Shown here piece by piece: positions 52,800 to 64,000 of a stretch of DNA of 64,000 nt. Numbering within the stretch: position 1 is the first letter of the stretch; each line of letters opens with the position of its first letter. The DNA is from Xylographa opegraphella (lineage: Eukaryota), in contig JALDZX010000003.1 in NCBI GenBank assembly GCA_022813865.1, forward strand, positions 434,001 through 498,000, read 5' to 3'. The position numbers were made by a program, and so were the translations under genes. Below the pieces are notes generated by a model. That model did not search any database. It was not told the origin of the DNA and was given only the letters and a program-made list of their open reading frames with translations.

Positions 52800-53060
52800 T
52801 CCTGTCTGTCTCATGTTTGTTTGCCGACTCGCTACACGCACTGGATGAGGTTCGACGTCTGCTTGATATTCTCACTCAGGCAGATTTGTGAGTTCAGCAG
52901 GCACTGAAGGCATAATTGGACCGGGGTTTGGTTTTAGGATATCCCGAAATTATGGATAAGATGCAGCATAGAAGTATGTCCAGCGTAGGGATTGTTTCGC
53001 AAAAGGGGTATCTTATATGCATACCAAGTGCTGCAAACACGCTAAAATCTTCCCACGAAT

Positions 53061-54185
53061 CTATTGCTCGTCCAACTTCACCAGCCACGTCCTCACCCAC
53101 TTTGTGAACTCGTCCTCACCACCCTCCCAAGTCTTCTCTGCGAGTGCAACACATTTCCTGGCGCAGTCTCTGATCGTCCGCAAGCTATTATTGACTTGTT
53201 CCACATCTTGTGCGTACAGAGCGGCAGCAAGATTATCAGCATCATCACCGAAAAGGCGACAATACAACATAATCTTGTCATATCGGTCTGCTTGCTCTGC
53301 AGTCGGAAACTTGTCGGGTGGTGTCTGAGCATCAATACTTGGGAAGCGTTTCACCCGACGCTTTAGGAGCGCGGGATACAGCAAGCGTATAAGCTTAAGA
53401 GTCTCAATGGCTCTTCTGGTAACGGGCATGATAGCCGCTGAAGCGTGTTCTGGTAAATTGAAAGGATTATCTTCGAACTCTTCTACATTATTTATATCGT
53501 GCTTGCGTGCCTCGGCCCCCACCTTCTCCTTCACGCCAGCCCCTATGGGTTTCATCTCAGACAAGTTGTTAGTAATAATGTCCATTGAAGAGTTGCCATC
53601 TCGCCATTCCTCGAGCTCTTCGATTGCGTCTTTGAACAGGTCATGATACTCTTCTACTTTTGTTACGGCAACCGCAACCAAGCCCATTGGCGCAAGTTTG
53701 ATGGCAAAATCCATACCCTCCCATATCACGCCTGTGTTCCGAAGCGTTTTCTGACTCCTGATGTTTTTGATCCCCCACTCATCCACGGGAATATCTTCCA
53801 GAAGGTCGAGATAGTGCTTGAACGCAGAGGCAACGCTTTCGCGAATAGTGCTGTGTAGGAAGTTGGTGTATCGCTCGGGAGGGCATAGCTGGCAGGCGCT
53901 CACGAGCGCAGGAATACATTCTTGGCAGAGTGACTTGAGGATGAATGTTATTTCCGAAGGGGTGTATGGTTTGTTGAGTACCAGAAGCGAAAGTTTCGTC
54001 GTTTGTGCTTTGAGTATTGCACCGGCATCGGAGTAGAGGGCGACAGCGTTGGGCGAGGAGGGATCGAAGGGCACATTGGGAAGGGCACCGGTTTGAATAA
54101 GAGTTTCGAACTTAGCGATGAGGGCCTTAGTGGATGCGATGGTGCTCTTTAATATAGCAAGAGCCTCAGCCTTCGGAGCCGTCAT
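53061..54185 (-). CDS. Conserved helical protein, probably GCIP (Grap2/cyclin-D-interacting) family
   Basis: Long single ORF containing LKAQTTKLSLL..NKPYTPS, TGVIWE and DAIEELEEW motifs. Family assigned from memory. Confidence 0.65.
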   Translation of the reverse strand: MTAPKAEALAILKSTIASTKALIAKFETLIQTGALPNVPFDPSSPNAVALYSDAGAILKAQTTKLSLLVLNKPYTPSEITFILKSLCQECIPALVSACQLCPPERYTNFLHSTIRESVASAFKHYLDLLEDIPVDEWGIKNIRSQKTLRNTGVIWEGMDFAIKLAPMGLVAVAVTKVEEYHDLFKDAIEELEEWRDGNSSMDIITNNLSEMKPIGAGVKEKVGAEARKHDINNVEEFEDNPFNLPEHASAAIMPVTRRAIETLKLIRLLYPALLKRRVKRFPSIDAQTPPDKFPTAEQADRYDKIMLYCRLFGDDADNLAAALYAQDVEQVNNSLRTIRDCARKCVALAEKTWEGGEDEFTKWVRTWLVKLDEQ

Positions 54186-54397
54186 TGCGCCTAAGAATAG
54201 AGGTGTTGTCTGGTAAATCTCAAGGAAACAAATTTCCAATAAAAATACCTATAATTGGCGCACCCAAAATGCAATTTGAGGTCGGCAAGGCACAATTTCA
54301 AGCTTAGCGTGCCAAGCCTCTTTCAGACTTCGGTCCGAATTTATTTCACTCGATACCAATACTTTCGGACGTAAAGCCCAACGGTAGTTATTCTGAG

Positions 54398-55964
54398 ATG
54401 CCTCGTCAGAGCAAGGCTGTTGAGCGTATCCTCCCAGAGCGTACTCTCGTCGTTGATAATGGAGCATACACCATAAAAGCTGGATTTGCTAATTCCTTGC
54501 CTAATCCTGATACTGATTGCCATGTTATACCCAACTTTATAGCCAAGAGCAGGGACAACCGCATCTGGATAGGAGCACAGATGGAAGAATGCTCAGATTA
54601 TGGAGACATGGGATTCCGAAGACCAATTCAGAAAGGTTTCCTTGTCAACTGGGAGGCGGAAAGAGAAATTTGGGAGAAAACGTTTTTAGCGAAGGACGCA
54701 AAAGTCAAGGTAGGATAGATTCTTCATTTTCAATCTCATGCTAATTTATATAAGTGCGATCCTCATGATACAAGTCTCCTTCTTACTGAAGCCCCTAACT
54801 GCCCTGTTGCTTTACAGAGCAATTGCGATCAGATGGTCTTCGAAGAGTTTGAGTTTGCAGCGTATCGTCGTTGTGTTGGTCTGTCCATGCTTCAAATATG
54901 ACAGCCAAAGCCAAGATTCAAGCGGCTGACGCGAAGGTAGGTCCGTCTCTCAACGCTTTCAATGACATTGGCATTCTCGTGGAAGATCCACCTCGTACTA
55001 TTGATCTTGATTTCCTGCCCGTGGAATGTGTCCTTGTGATCGATTCTGGGTATTCTCATACCACCGTGACCCCTGTTTATAAGGGTAGGCCGATCCAGCA
55101 GGCCATCCGTCGCCTCGAAATGGGGAGCAAGGTTTTGACAAACTATATGAAAGAGATGCTTTCCGTTCGTCAAATGGATGTTCGTGATGAAACTCACTTG
55201 ATCAACCAAATGAAAGAAGATACTTGCTTTGTCAGCAGTAATTTCAGGAACGATCTTGAGAGTATTGGCAAGGGTCCCCTGGCGGCCGGGAGAAAAGCCC
55301 CTCGCAGAGAGGAAGATATTGTAGTTGATTTTGTTTTACCGGATTACTCTACCCGTATGCGCGGAGAAGTACGTCCTCATGATCCGACAACAATGCCCAT
55401 GAGAACCAAGGTCGGTGCGGTGACGAATGCAGATGGCGTAAAGGAATACATCATGGCTCTTGGTAATGAAAGATTTGCTGTACCAGAACTACTATTCAAC
55501 CCGGGCGACATTGGCATGAAGCAAGCTGGGCTTCCAGAGACTGTAATGCAAAGTATGTCTGGGCTTCCTCCTGGGTTATGGCCATCAATGCTGTCGAATA
55601 TCTTGGTTATTGGAGGAAATGCAAAGTTTGATGGATTTCTTGCAAGACTGTACGTTATTTCAAGGCTGTTCTGTGGATATTCTGATCAAGTGTGCCCAGC
55701 TCTTCGGAAATACGTCAGCTTGCACCTGCAGAATGTCCCGTAAGAGTTGCAATAGCTCCTGAGTATGTATTTCCATGTTGCCCCGTTTGATTAGGGTTCT
55801 TCCCGCTAACTTTGAGTAGTCCGATTAAGTCGACATGGCTTGGAGGAGCCCGACTTGCGGGGAACAAGATAGCTCTTAAGGATGTCTTGGTAACAAGACA
55901 GGAATACCAAGAATATGGCAGTGCATGGCTTCTCAAGCGTTTTGCTGCAGGAAGCACGAACTGA
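54398..55964 (+). CDS. ARP6: Actin-related protein Arp6 (SWR1 complex), multi-exon
   Basis: TLVVDNGAYTIKAG, RRPIQKGFLVNWE, DQMVFEEFEF, VIDSGYSHT, LGNERFAVPELLFNP, VTRQEYQEYG. Confidence 0.92.
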
Positions 55965-56599
55965 TGTGTATTACGGATATGGTATGTGGTGTATTGTCGC
56001 GCGCCGGAAGATGCCACAGGCAGCTGTCTAGTATATAACTGTAGGGTTCTTTGGTACTCCGTAAGTGACAAGCCTCCATTGAGCCCATACTTGAAGCTTT
56101 CCATCCTTGATCCTGGCAAAGAGGCATATGGACTGGCTAACATTATCCCAGAGCGACTGGAATTCTACCCAATGGTGTTTTCAGTGCCCATCACGCCTAT
56201 ACTCCATTCACTTTGACCAGAGCCTGAGTTGGATGATATATATCAAGCTATCAATCACTACGTTAGCACTACACAAGATTGGCATGGTAGCTTATAATTA
56301 GACGTTGAGTGAAAGTACGACAAGAGAGGTCTAATTGAAGTCATAGATTGCTACCAAGGCCAACCCTTCCTAATTTTCGTTCCTTTTCATGGGTTAACGA
56401 CGCCAATCTCCGCGAATGAATCATCTGCCTACGAGGTTCCATGCTGCGACACTGAGACTGTCAGAGATGGTGCATTGAAGGCCCCTTACATGGAGCTGTC
56501 TATATCTAGTAATGATAGTCATGGCTTTAAGCTACTTATGAATATTGCGACGATTCAATGAAGGAGGGCAGGCTGTTCCACATGGATTTAGCTCTGCCA

Positions 56600-57983
56600 T
56601 CAAAATGTACTTGTTGGACTCCCTCCATCGATGTATTTACACAGGCGGCTGAGCTGCCGTACAGTCTTTCCTCTCGCATCTCGAGCTGCATTCGGCTCCG
56701 CAAAGTTGATCAAAACAGCGCCAGATGGCATGCCCGCGTCAGCTATATCAATGCTTTCGAGTCCCAATCCCATTGCACATTTAAGACCCTCACCAGTGGT
56801 ATTTTTGACTTCCTCTGTCAACTCCCTACTTAACTTCTTGGCCTGCCGTGCCGTCTTTGCCCCTCTGCAGACACCGAGCCTGTCATCGACGTCTAATACC
56901 TGATCTAAAAAACTCGAAGTCAATGCTTCATCCAGAGGGAACATCGGGTCCATGTAATGTTGATTGAAAAGATGACCTGAGGCGCCCATACGCACGAAGA
57001 TTTTGCCACAGTACTTGTTATCGAGAACTTGGCACACGTTGTACAGAACACCCCATCGAGGCACGAGATCCAGTTCATTGATATAGTGTTCGATATGAGG
57101 AAGACAGTACTTCGTGGCCAATGCGGGCCTCGAGAGATGAGGATCATTGAAATGGGAGGCTGCAGATCCGAACGTGTAAACTTCCTATTTCCATGAGGCG
57201 GTCGATGTCAGCTACGGTTTTCTTCATCACAGGATCCCGTGGTAGTGAAAATTGTCTCACAAGCTTCGAAATGACAGCACACGGCAGATCGGCGTATAAG
57301 CTGTCCAACACTAGCGATGCAATGATTCCGCCCTGCGAATGAGCGATCAGGACTACCTTATCGACTGTCGGATCCAGCAGACAGGCTTTTGTATAGTCGT
57401 AAGCCACCCGCACGTCCATCGTATTGAACGCGAGGCATCTCTGGACAAGGCATTCCAGCAAATCTGCTATCAGTCCGTACGTTTGGTTGTGTATTCCTGT
57501 GATGGGACGACCGAACGTCTTGGCAAGCCGATTAACGTTGAGTTGGAGGCCTCGGTGGCCGGTGATACACCCGTTGATGAACAGCCAACGCTCGTGTTCG
57601 CAGTTCACCACCGATGTGGTAGTGGCATTGTCCACTTTTGAGTACACGATTCTGCATCCTTGCATGGGCCATGATAGAATGCGGATGAGAACACTGGCAA
57701 GGCCAAACACGAGGAAGAATACGCCTCCTGGCAGGCAAAAAATAACGACTGGCACTAGGAATAGGAGAACAATTTCTACAAAGAATAGCGAGCTCTGAAG
57801 AACAACGTCATGCAAACCTCCTATATTCATATAGAGCTCTGCGTGCTCGTCATTCGTTCGAAAAGGGAATACTAGAAGAGGCAAATATGGTAACATCGTA
57901 AAGAGAACGCCCGCATCCCTTGTGAGGAGTCGCAGAGGACTCTGACGGGATGCCCAGGCAGAAGTTCCTGTGAGTCTGTCCAT
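56600..57983 (-). CDS. Conserved fungal membrane-associated alpha/beta-hydrolase-like protein; 5' end uncertain
   Basis: WLFING, LIAHSQGG (nucleophile-elbow-like), KL|EVYTFGSAA, IEHY, SGHLFNQHY, plus N-terminal transmembrane segments. Confidence 0.75.
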
Positions 57984-58516
57984 CTATGGTGGAAGGTATT
58001 TGATCGTCCTGTATAAAACATTGGTAGTGAATGTGGGGAAGTCCACTTGATGATATGGGGCTCGGGAGGCGTGCGAACATCTCGTCAAAGGATGCCAGGC
58101 ATGACTGCGTTGTCGGCCGGACTTATCTGATGCGTGATGAAAAACAGACGATCATGTTATAGAAAGAGACAGGGAAATGATCAAAAGGTCACAAGGACCA
58201 TCACGTGATTCATAAAACCCTTTCCACATTCCAGCATGGTTGACATAAATACTGTATACCATATGATAGGTAAGAGAAGAAACATTGCGGTCCTAGATGA
58301 CATACACTATAAGTCCAGCTGGAAACAAGTGCCAAAAATATCTCAGATCTGCGATAGATAAGAAAATAGGAGGTGGCAGGGAAACCGCCGCGGACTGTCA
58401 GACACAACTCACAGCAACAGTCAAGTCCACTCCACAAATATTGTCAATGTATGTCCAATTATCAGCTAGATTTTCTTCTTGATCATGTTATCCTCGATCT
58501 CTCAAGTTGTCGGGTT

Positions 58517-59289
58517 TCAGATCCAGGAGTAAAGCTCAACAACTTTCCAGTCCAGATCATGGTGCCTAATCACCTTCCCCAACTCTAACGAGGCTCTATC
58601 AAAGGTAGCTCCACAGACGAGAGAGTTCAGTCCCAGTTTAGCCACTAGTTGCCAGTGATCTCCGTGAGACCATTGCCATCTTTCAATTGTTGTATCTTCT
58701 CCTACCTTCAATATCCCCTGGCACCAGTTTCCGACTCGAACAATCATGCCTTTCGTATCGTGGCTTTGGTCACCAGCCATGAGCGTAACACTCAAGTGGT
58801 CCTTCTCTTGTTCAACAAGCTGGACGCCAATATCATGCCACAACTCCTCGTATTTCTTGACCTCCCCAGTCTCAGCATCGATATTTTGGCCACACTCGAG
58901 TACGTCTCCGTCCTCTTGCTCGTACATATCACCCTCGTCCTTTTCGGGCTCTGAGGTCTGAGAATCTATGTCATGCTTCCATACCGTGTGTGCAGGTCCG
59001 CCTGCAACCTTGGCAGGTGTAGTATACGATTTTCCTGCAAAAGCCCATTCTAGTCTCGAGATGGGCTCTCCATTTGTCGGGAGGATTTCTCGCGTGCCGT
59101 CCTCTTGAGTCGCATTAAGGATGCGAACGTCAACGAACCATAAATCGCGGGAGGTGAGTACTAGAGTTGAAGTGGGCTCGGTGGCTTCCCCAGGCAGCTA
59201 GATGAAGCTTTAGGGGTGGAGCGCATGATCCAAGGCGAATGACATACCCTGCGGATATGTTTCCGTATACTGGCGTTCGGTGTGCCCAT
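58517..59289 (-). CDS. HRI1: Hri1-family protein, 1 intron near the 5' end
   Basis: MGTPNASIRKHIRR|LPGEATEPTSTLVLTS...FVDVRIL...LEWAFAG...WKHDIDS...YEELW...GMIVRVGNWCQGIL...ERW. Confidence 0.8.
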
Positions 59290-59583
59290 CTCAGCTTACT
59301 CTTTCTGGCACTCGACCGAATGGTGGTAAAAGTGATGGAGGATTCCTTTGGTGTCACGTCGAGGCCATCTTTAAGCGCCTCCCGAAGTGCCGATTTCAAG
59401 TGTCATCTACGAGAACAAGTCGTGACTATAGTAAAAGCTTGCAAAGCATAACGAAGGAGATAAAAGGTCGTAGGGGAAACCTGAGATAGATCAACCTGTA
59501 TGTTATCCATATAGACGAATAATACATAGCAGTGGCTTGGTGAGTAGGAGGTTAGACGTTGATTTATTAATCACGGTCATAAT

Positions 59584-60262
59584 CTACTTTCTGGTCCTTT
59601 GACTGCCAGGATCAAAGTCCCCGACTCTGAAACCGTCCTTGTGATAAAAAAAACACGCACTATTACAACACCAATACACTCCCCTAAGCGCTGCTTCTTC
59701 TCATCGTTACTACCATCAGTAGGTATTAAAAGTCCCCGAAGAACAGGGTTAAGCTCATAATCTAGATTGTCGTAGCACGGCTATATTTAAAGTGTAGAAT
59801 TACAATCTGTACGCGTGAAGTTTGATAATGCCTGACCATTGTTGGGGAACCCATCTACAGGCCTGTTGTTTCTATGGCGAAGAGGATGAAACGATTGTTT
59901 GTGGAATGTTTCATTTCGAATTGTGTAGTCGCGCAAGAACATTCTCTTCACCAAACTATATCTTTAGTTGATCAAATTAAAAAGGGTATACGGACTTTGC
60001 CTCAATCCATTCTAGTAGTAATATCGTTGTGGAAAACTGAGATATCGTTGTGGAGAACTGAGATATCGTTGCGTAGCTCCGTTACGTCTCTGTGTACACT
60101 GTGTACTTCTTCTCGTAGTTGGCGAACGTCCCCTTGTAGTTGATTCATCAAATAGACAAGAGCTTCAGCACCACGAAGTGCTGGAAGGTTCGGAAGTGAT
60201 GTACATCCAGTAACTGCTTAAACGAGGCCGTTAGATAAACGCTCAAAATTTGGTTGAGCCAT
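59584..60262 (-). pseudogene. Degraded coiled-coil protein gene with a Mug135/MUG2_C-like C-terminus
   Basis: MAQPNFERLSNGLV*AVTGCTSLPNLPALRGAEALVYLMNQLQGDVRQLREEV...RMD*, then ENVLARLHNSK*, and in another frame FHPLRHRNNRPVDGFP...|ELNPVLRGLLIPTDGSNDEKKQRLGECIG. Stops at 60218-60220, 60002-60004 and 59911-59913. Confidence 0.65.
60021..60073. repeat. 21-bp tandem repeat (~2.5 copies) encoding heptads of the minus-strand pseudogene
   Basis: atatcgttgtggaaaactgag / atatcgttgtggagaactgag / atatcgttgcg. Confidence 0.85.
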
Positions 60263-60395
60263 GGCTGATATCTGTTGTTGCAACATGTAAACAAAGAATA
60301 ATGATGAACGTGTTTTCTAAACGTGCGAAGACCCCGCAAAATCAGTGTCTTTTACCTTACTCGGTTATACCAAAAAGTTTCCGTATCAATACCGG

Positions 60396-61040
60396 TCAAT
60401 CCCCTACAGTCCGTTCCTTCATGTGCCGCTCTTTCAGCAATTTTTCCGTTCTCATGAATTCCCTTATACCAACTGGCACATCGGCAAAGAGGTCTCGGTC
60501 CTCTGCATGTGCCCAATTTGTTTCGGTTCCACCTCCATCATCGTCCATACTTCCACTGCCCTCGCTTCCCCTCATCTGCACTTGTTTCATTCTGGCCTCC
60601 CTAGACTTGGTAGCCCATTCCTCAACATCGTCTCTATAAAAGTCCCAAACGCAGTTCACACAGCCGCTCATGCAACAGTTATCTGGCTCTTGGGGTCGTG
60701 GAGGAACAAGTATGCCAGCTATATTGGTTGATTGAGATTCGATATCACGTCGTCTGGCCGGACCCACCAGACGGGAACCAAAGACAACTCGGGCTTTGGC
60801 GATGTTAGCATCCTTGGAATTCGTTGGAGGTGGCTGTCGAGGAGTCGGGCTTGTGCGAGTCGCTGAGCTTGTGTGGGAAAGAGGTTGAGACAGAAGCAGT
60901 GAATAGTAGTCATCGATGGAGTCAGCAGGTGCCGATGATGTAGACTTCGGCCGAGGATGCTTTGCAATTGGCAACCCTACTCGGGAAGACCTGCGTAATA
61001 TACGGCAAGTAGAGAATATATGATCGGTAGGTCGGTACAT
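60396..61040 (-). CDS. Oxidoreductase-like domain protein (OXLD1/YPL107W-type), probably mitochondrial
   Basis: VPPRPQEPDNCCMSGCVNCVWD, SMDDDGGG, VPVGIREFMRTEK. Confidence 0.82.
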   Translation of the reverse strand: MYRPTDHIFSTCRILRRSSRVGLPIAKHPRPKSTSSAPADSIDDYYSLLLSQPLSHTSSATRTSPTPRQPPPTNSKDANIAKARVVFGSRLVGPARRRDIESQSTNIAGILVPPRPQEPDNCCMSGCVNCVWDFYRDDVEEWATKSREARMKQVQMRGSEGSGSMDDDGGGTETNWAHAEDRDLFADVPVGIREFMRTEKLLKERHMKERTVGD

Positions 61041-61338
61041 GTCTAGCAGCACAGGAGCAGCAGCATAACTCTTTGCTCGGACATCAATGCAAATTCGTCC
61101 CTGGTAGCACGGAGCAGAACTGACGTAACTGTGTCCCATCGGACAGGGGTATTCCCGCTGCCGGAGCTAATGGATAAGAGCTGGCCTGAGTTTGGCCTGA
61201 TAAGAGTTGTTCAGCAATTAGAACTTATAAGATTATTTCCCTATTCGTGTCATTCCTTTCTTATCCCTCATCAATCCTTGTTGTATCCTAAAGTGCTTGA
61301 AGCTCGTGTTATTGTTTTAACTTACGTTCTTGCTCATC

Positions 61339-63766
61339 ATGGCACCGATCAATGGGGATGTCCCTCCACCTCTGGAGGGCAAGAAGCGACGTATTGGAGT
61401 AATGACCAGTGGGGGTGATGCTCCTGGCATGAATGGAGTCGTGAGAGCTGTTGTACGCATGTCAATCTCTAAGGGATGTGAACCGTATGGTATCTACGAG
61501 GGGTACGAAGGTCTTGTCCAAGGTGGAAGCCTTATTAAGCGAATGGAATGGGCAGATGTCCGGAATTGGGTCTCGATAGGCGGTACTCTCATTGGTACTG
61601 CCAGATGTAAGGCGTTTTATGAGCGTCCAGGCCGATTAAAAGCTGCCAAAAACATGGTCTTGCACGGAATCGATGCACTGATTGTCTGCGGTGGAGATGG
61701 CAGCCTTACCGGAGCTGATAAGTTTCGAGCGGAGTGGCCAGGCCTATTGAAAGAGCTTGTTGAGACCAAGCAATTAACTGCTGCAGAGACTGCTCAATTC
61801 CAGCATCTCAACATTGTTGGCTTGGTTGGTTCGATAGACAACGACTTGTCTACCACCGATGCTACTATAGGTTGCTATTCTTCGTTAGGAACGATCTGTG
61901 AAAGTGTAGACAAAATCGACGCCACGGCTATGTCACATCAGCGTGCGTTTGTGATTGAGGTTATGGGACGGCACTGTGGTTGGCTTGCCTTAATGGCAGC
62001 CCTCAGTACTGGTGCAGACTTCGTCTTTATTCCGGAGAAACCGCCAAGTGGGGATTGGGAAAAAGAAATGTGTACGATCATCAAAGAAGTGAGTAGAGGC
62101 TCAAAGTCATCACTTCTTTCATTGCTAACCTATCTAGCGTCGAGCACTTGGTAAACGGAAGACTATTGTCATTATTGCAGAGGGTGCACATGATACAGAA
62201 CTTCAGAAGATCTCCCCGACACGCGTCAAAGACCTTCTTACCAATAAGCTTGGCCTAGATACACGAATCACGACACTGGGCCACTTGCAAAGAGGAGGTG
62301 AACCTTGTGCATATGATCGGATGCTGTCGACATTACAAGGTGTCGAAGCCGTTCACGCAGTACTCGATGCGACTCCAGAAACACCAACACCCGTAATCTG
62401 TATTATTGAGAACAAAATCGTGCGGAAACGTCTTGACGATGCAATCAAAGCAACTCATGCCGTGGCCGAGGCTATTGAAGCAAAAGATTTTTCTGAAGCT
62501 ATGAGGCTTCGAGACTCTGAATTCTCAGAGTACTATACCGCGTACATGACAACTACAGCTACAGATCAACCTCAGTTACTGCTACCTAAGGAGAAGGTAT
62601 GGCATGACTATCTTCTGGGAAGTTTCTAAATTGACGTCTTACAGCGAATGCGTATCGCAATCGTCCACGTAGGCGCCCCGGCAGGAGGAATGAATGCGGC
62701 GACACAATCTGCAGTTGCATACTGTCTCGCTCGCGGACATACACCCATCGCTATTCACAACGGCTTCCCTGGCCTCACTCGTCACCATGATGATAAACCT
62801 CAGGGATCTGTACGTGAAATTAAGTGGCTTGATACAGAAGGCTGGATCAGTACAGGCGGCTCCGAAATCGGCACAAACCGTGGTCTGCCTTCGACAGATA
62901 TAGCAAAGACTGCTGAATGTTTTGCGCTCTACAAATTCGATGCTCTATTTGTAGTTGGCGGCTTTGAGGCTTTCACGGCACTTAGCGAACTTCGGAAGGG
63001 ACGGGCTGAATACCCGTCCTTTCGGATTCCTATGGTTCTTCTTCCTGCCACAGTGAGTAACAACGTGCCCGGCACAGAATACTCTATTGGCAGTGATACA
63101 TGTCTCAACGCTCTTGTTACTTTTTGCGACGCGATCCGGGTATCTGCGTCGTCTTCGCGGCGGCGAGTTTTTGTTGTGGAAACTCAGGGAGGTCGATCTG
63201 GATATATAGCTACTGTAGCAGGACTCTCGATTGGAGCAGTTGCTGTATACACTCCCGAGGAGGGAATCAACCTTAATATGCTGACACAGGATATCGAGCA
63301 TCTCCGCCAAAGCTTCGCCACCGACCGCGGGCAGAACCAGGCTGGAAAGCTGATCCTTTGCAATGAGCATGCCTCCGAAGCATTTGACTCCATGGAGATT
63401 GCCAAGATTATCAAAGAAGAAGCCAAGGGACGCTTCGATGCTCGTCATGCCATACCTGGTCATTGGCAACAAGGTGTGAGACCTTCACCGATGGACCGAG
63501 TCAGAGCTGTCAGGTTAGCGTCCAAATGCATTCAGTTTCTTGAGGATTATGCTGGGCGAACACAAGAGGCTATTGCGGCGGACAGTCAAAGCTCAGCAGT
63601 AATTGGTATCAAAGGAGCCAGTGTCATTTTCTCGTCGATGCTGAAGTTGGAGAGGGATGAAACAGACTGGAAGGACAGGCGTCCAAAGAACGAGTTTTGG
63701 TTGGCAATGAAGACTGTGGTAGATACGCTGAGTGGTAGACCAAACCCAGGGGTCAAGCGTAATTAA
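61339..63766 (+). CDS. pfkA: ATP-dependent 6-phosphofructokinase, 2 introns
   Basis: [74 protein letters not shown]. Confidence 0.96.
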
Positions 63767-64000
63767 AACATCGCTCAGAATAGATATTTAAAGAAGATTC
63801 CTCAACTTCTGCCGACTATCAAATATCTTGCTTGGGCCAATGACGAGGAGTAAGCTTATATGCTTGCCTTCCAGCGAATGTATACTGACAATCCCACTAG
63901 GGTTCACGATTAATAGTGCATCGAATGCTTTGCATTCGATATAACCGAGGTATATTGATTATCAATGCTACGCACGAAAGACTGCTATATCTCGTCCCTA

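Overview
Gene-dense eukaryotic DNA from a filamentous ascomycete (Pezizomycotina-type short GT-AG introns with CTRAC/CTAAC branch points). It carries about 25 mostly housekeeping genes: the 3' end of ARP5, kapC bZIP, SLH1/ASCC3 helicase, YKT6, cytochrome b2, a Rab GTPase, TMEM16/Ist2, a metallophosphoesterase, aromatic amino-acid decarboxylase, DUF427, zuotin, an RlpA/expansin-like secreted protein, an Mtr-type permease, MZM1, GCV2, ISA2, kynureninase, RPS14, a metallo-beta-lactamase, an LRR protein, a GCIP-like protein, ARP6, HRI1, an OXLD1-like protein and PFK. The less ordinary features are: (1) a 2-nt microexon followed by a GC-AG intron inside the Rab P-loop; (2) a ~0.9 kb hairpin-rich non-coding tract with a telomere-template-like AACCCTAA next to a hairpin (telomerase-RNA candidate, unproven); (3) a 153-bp fold-back MITE with an 8-bp target-site duplication; (4) two pseudogenes, an RCC1 paralogue and a coiled-coil gene missed by the ORF track; (5) a cytochrome b2 with a peroxisomal PTS1 and no mitochondrial presequence. 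All gene identities come from recognising motifs by eye; no database search was run.
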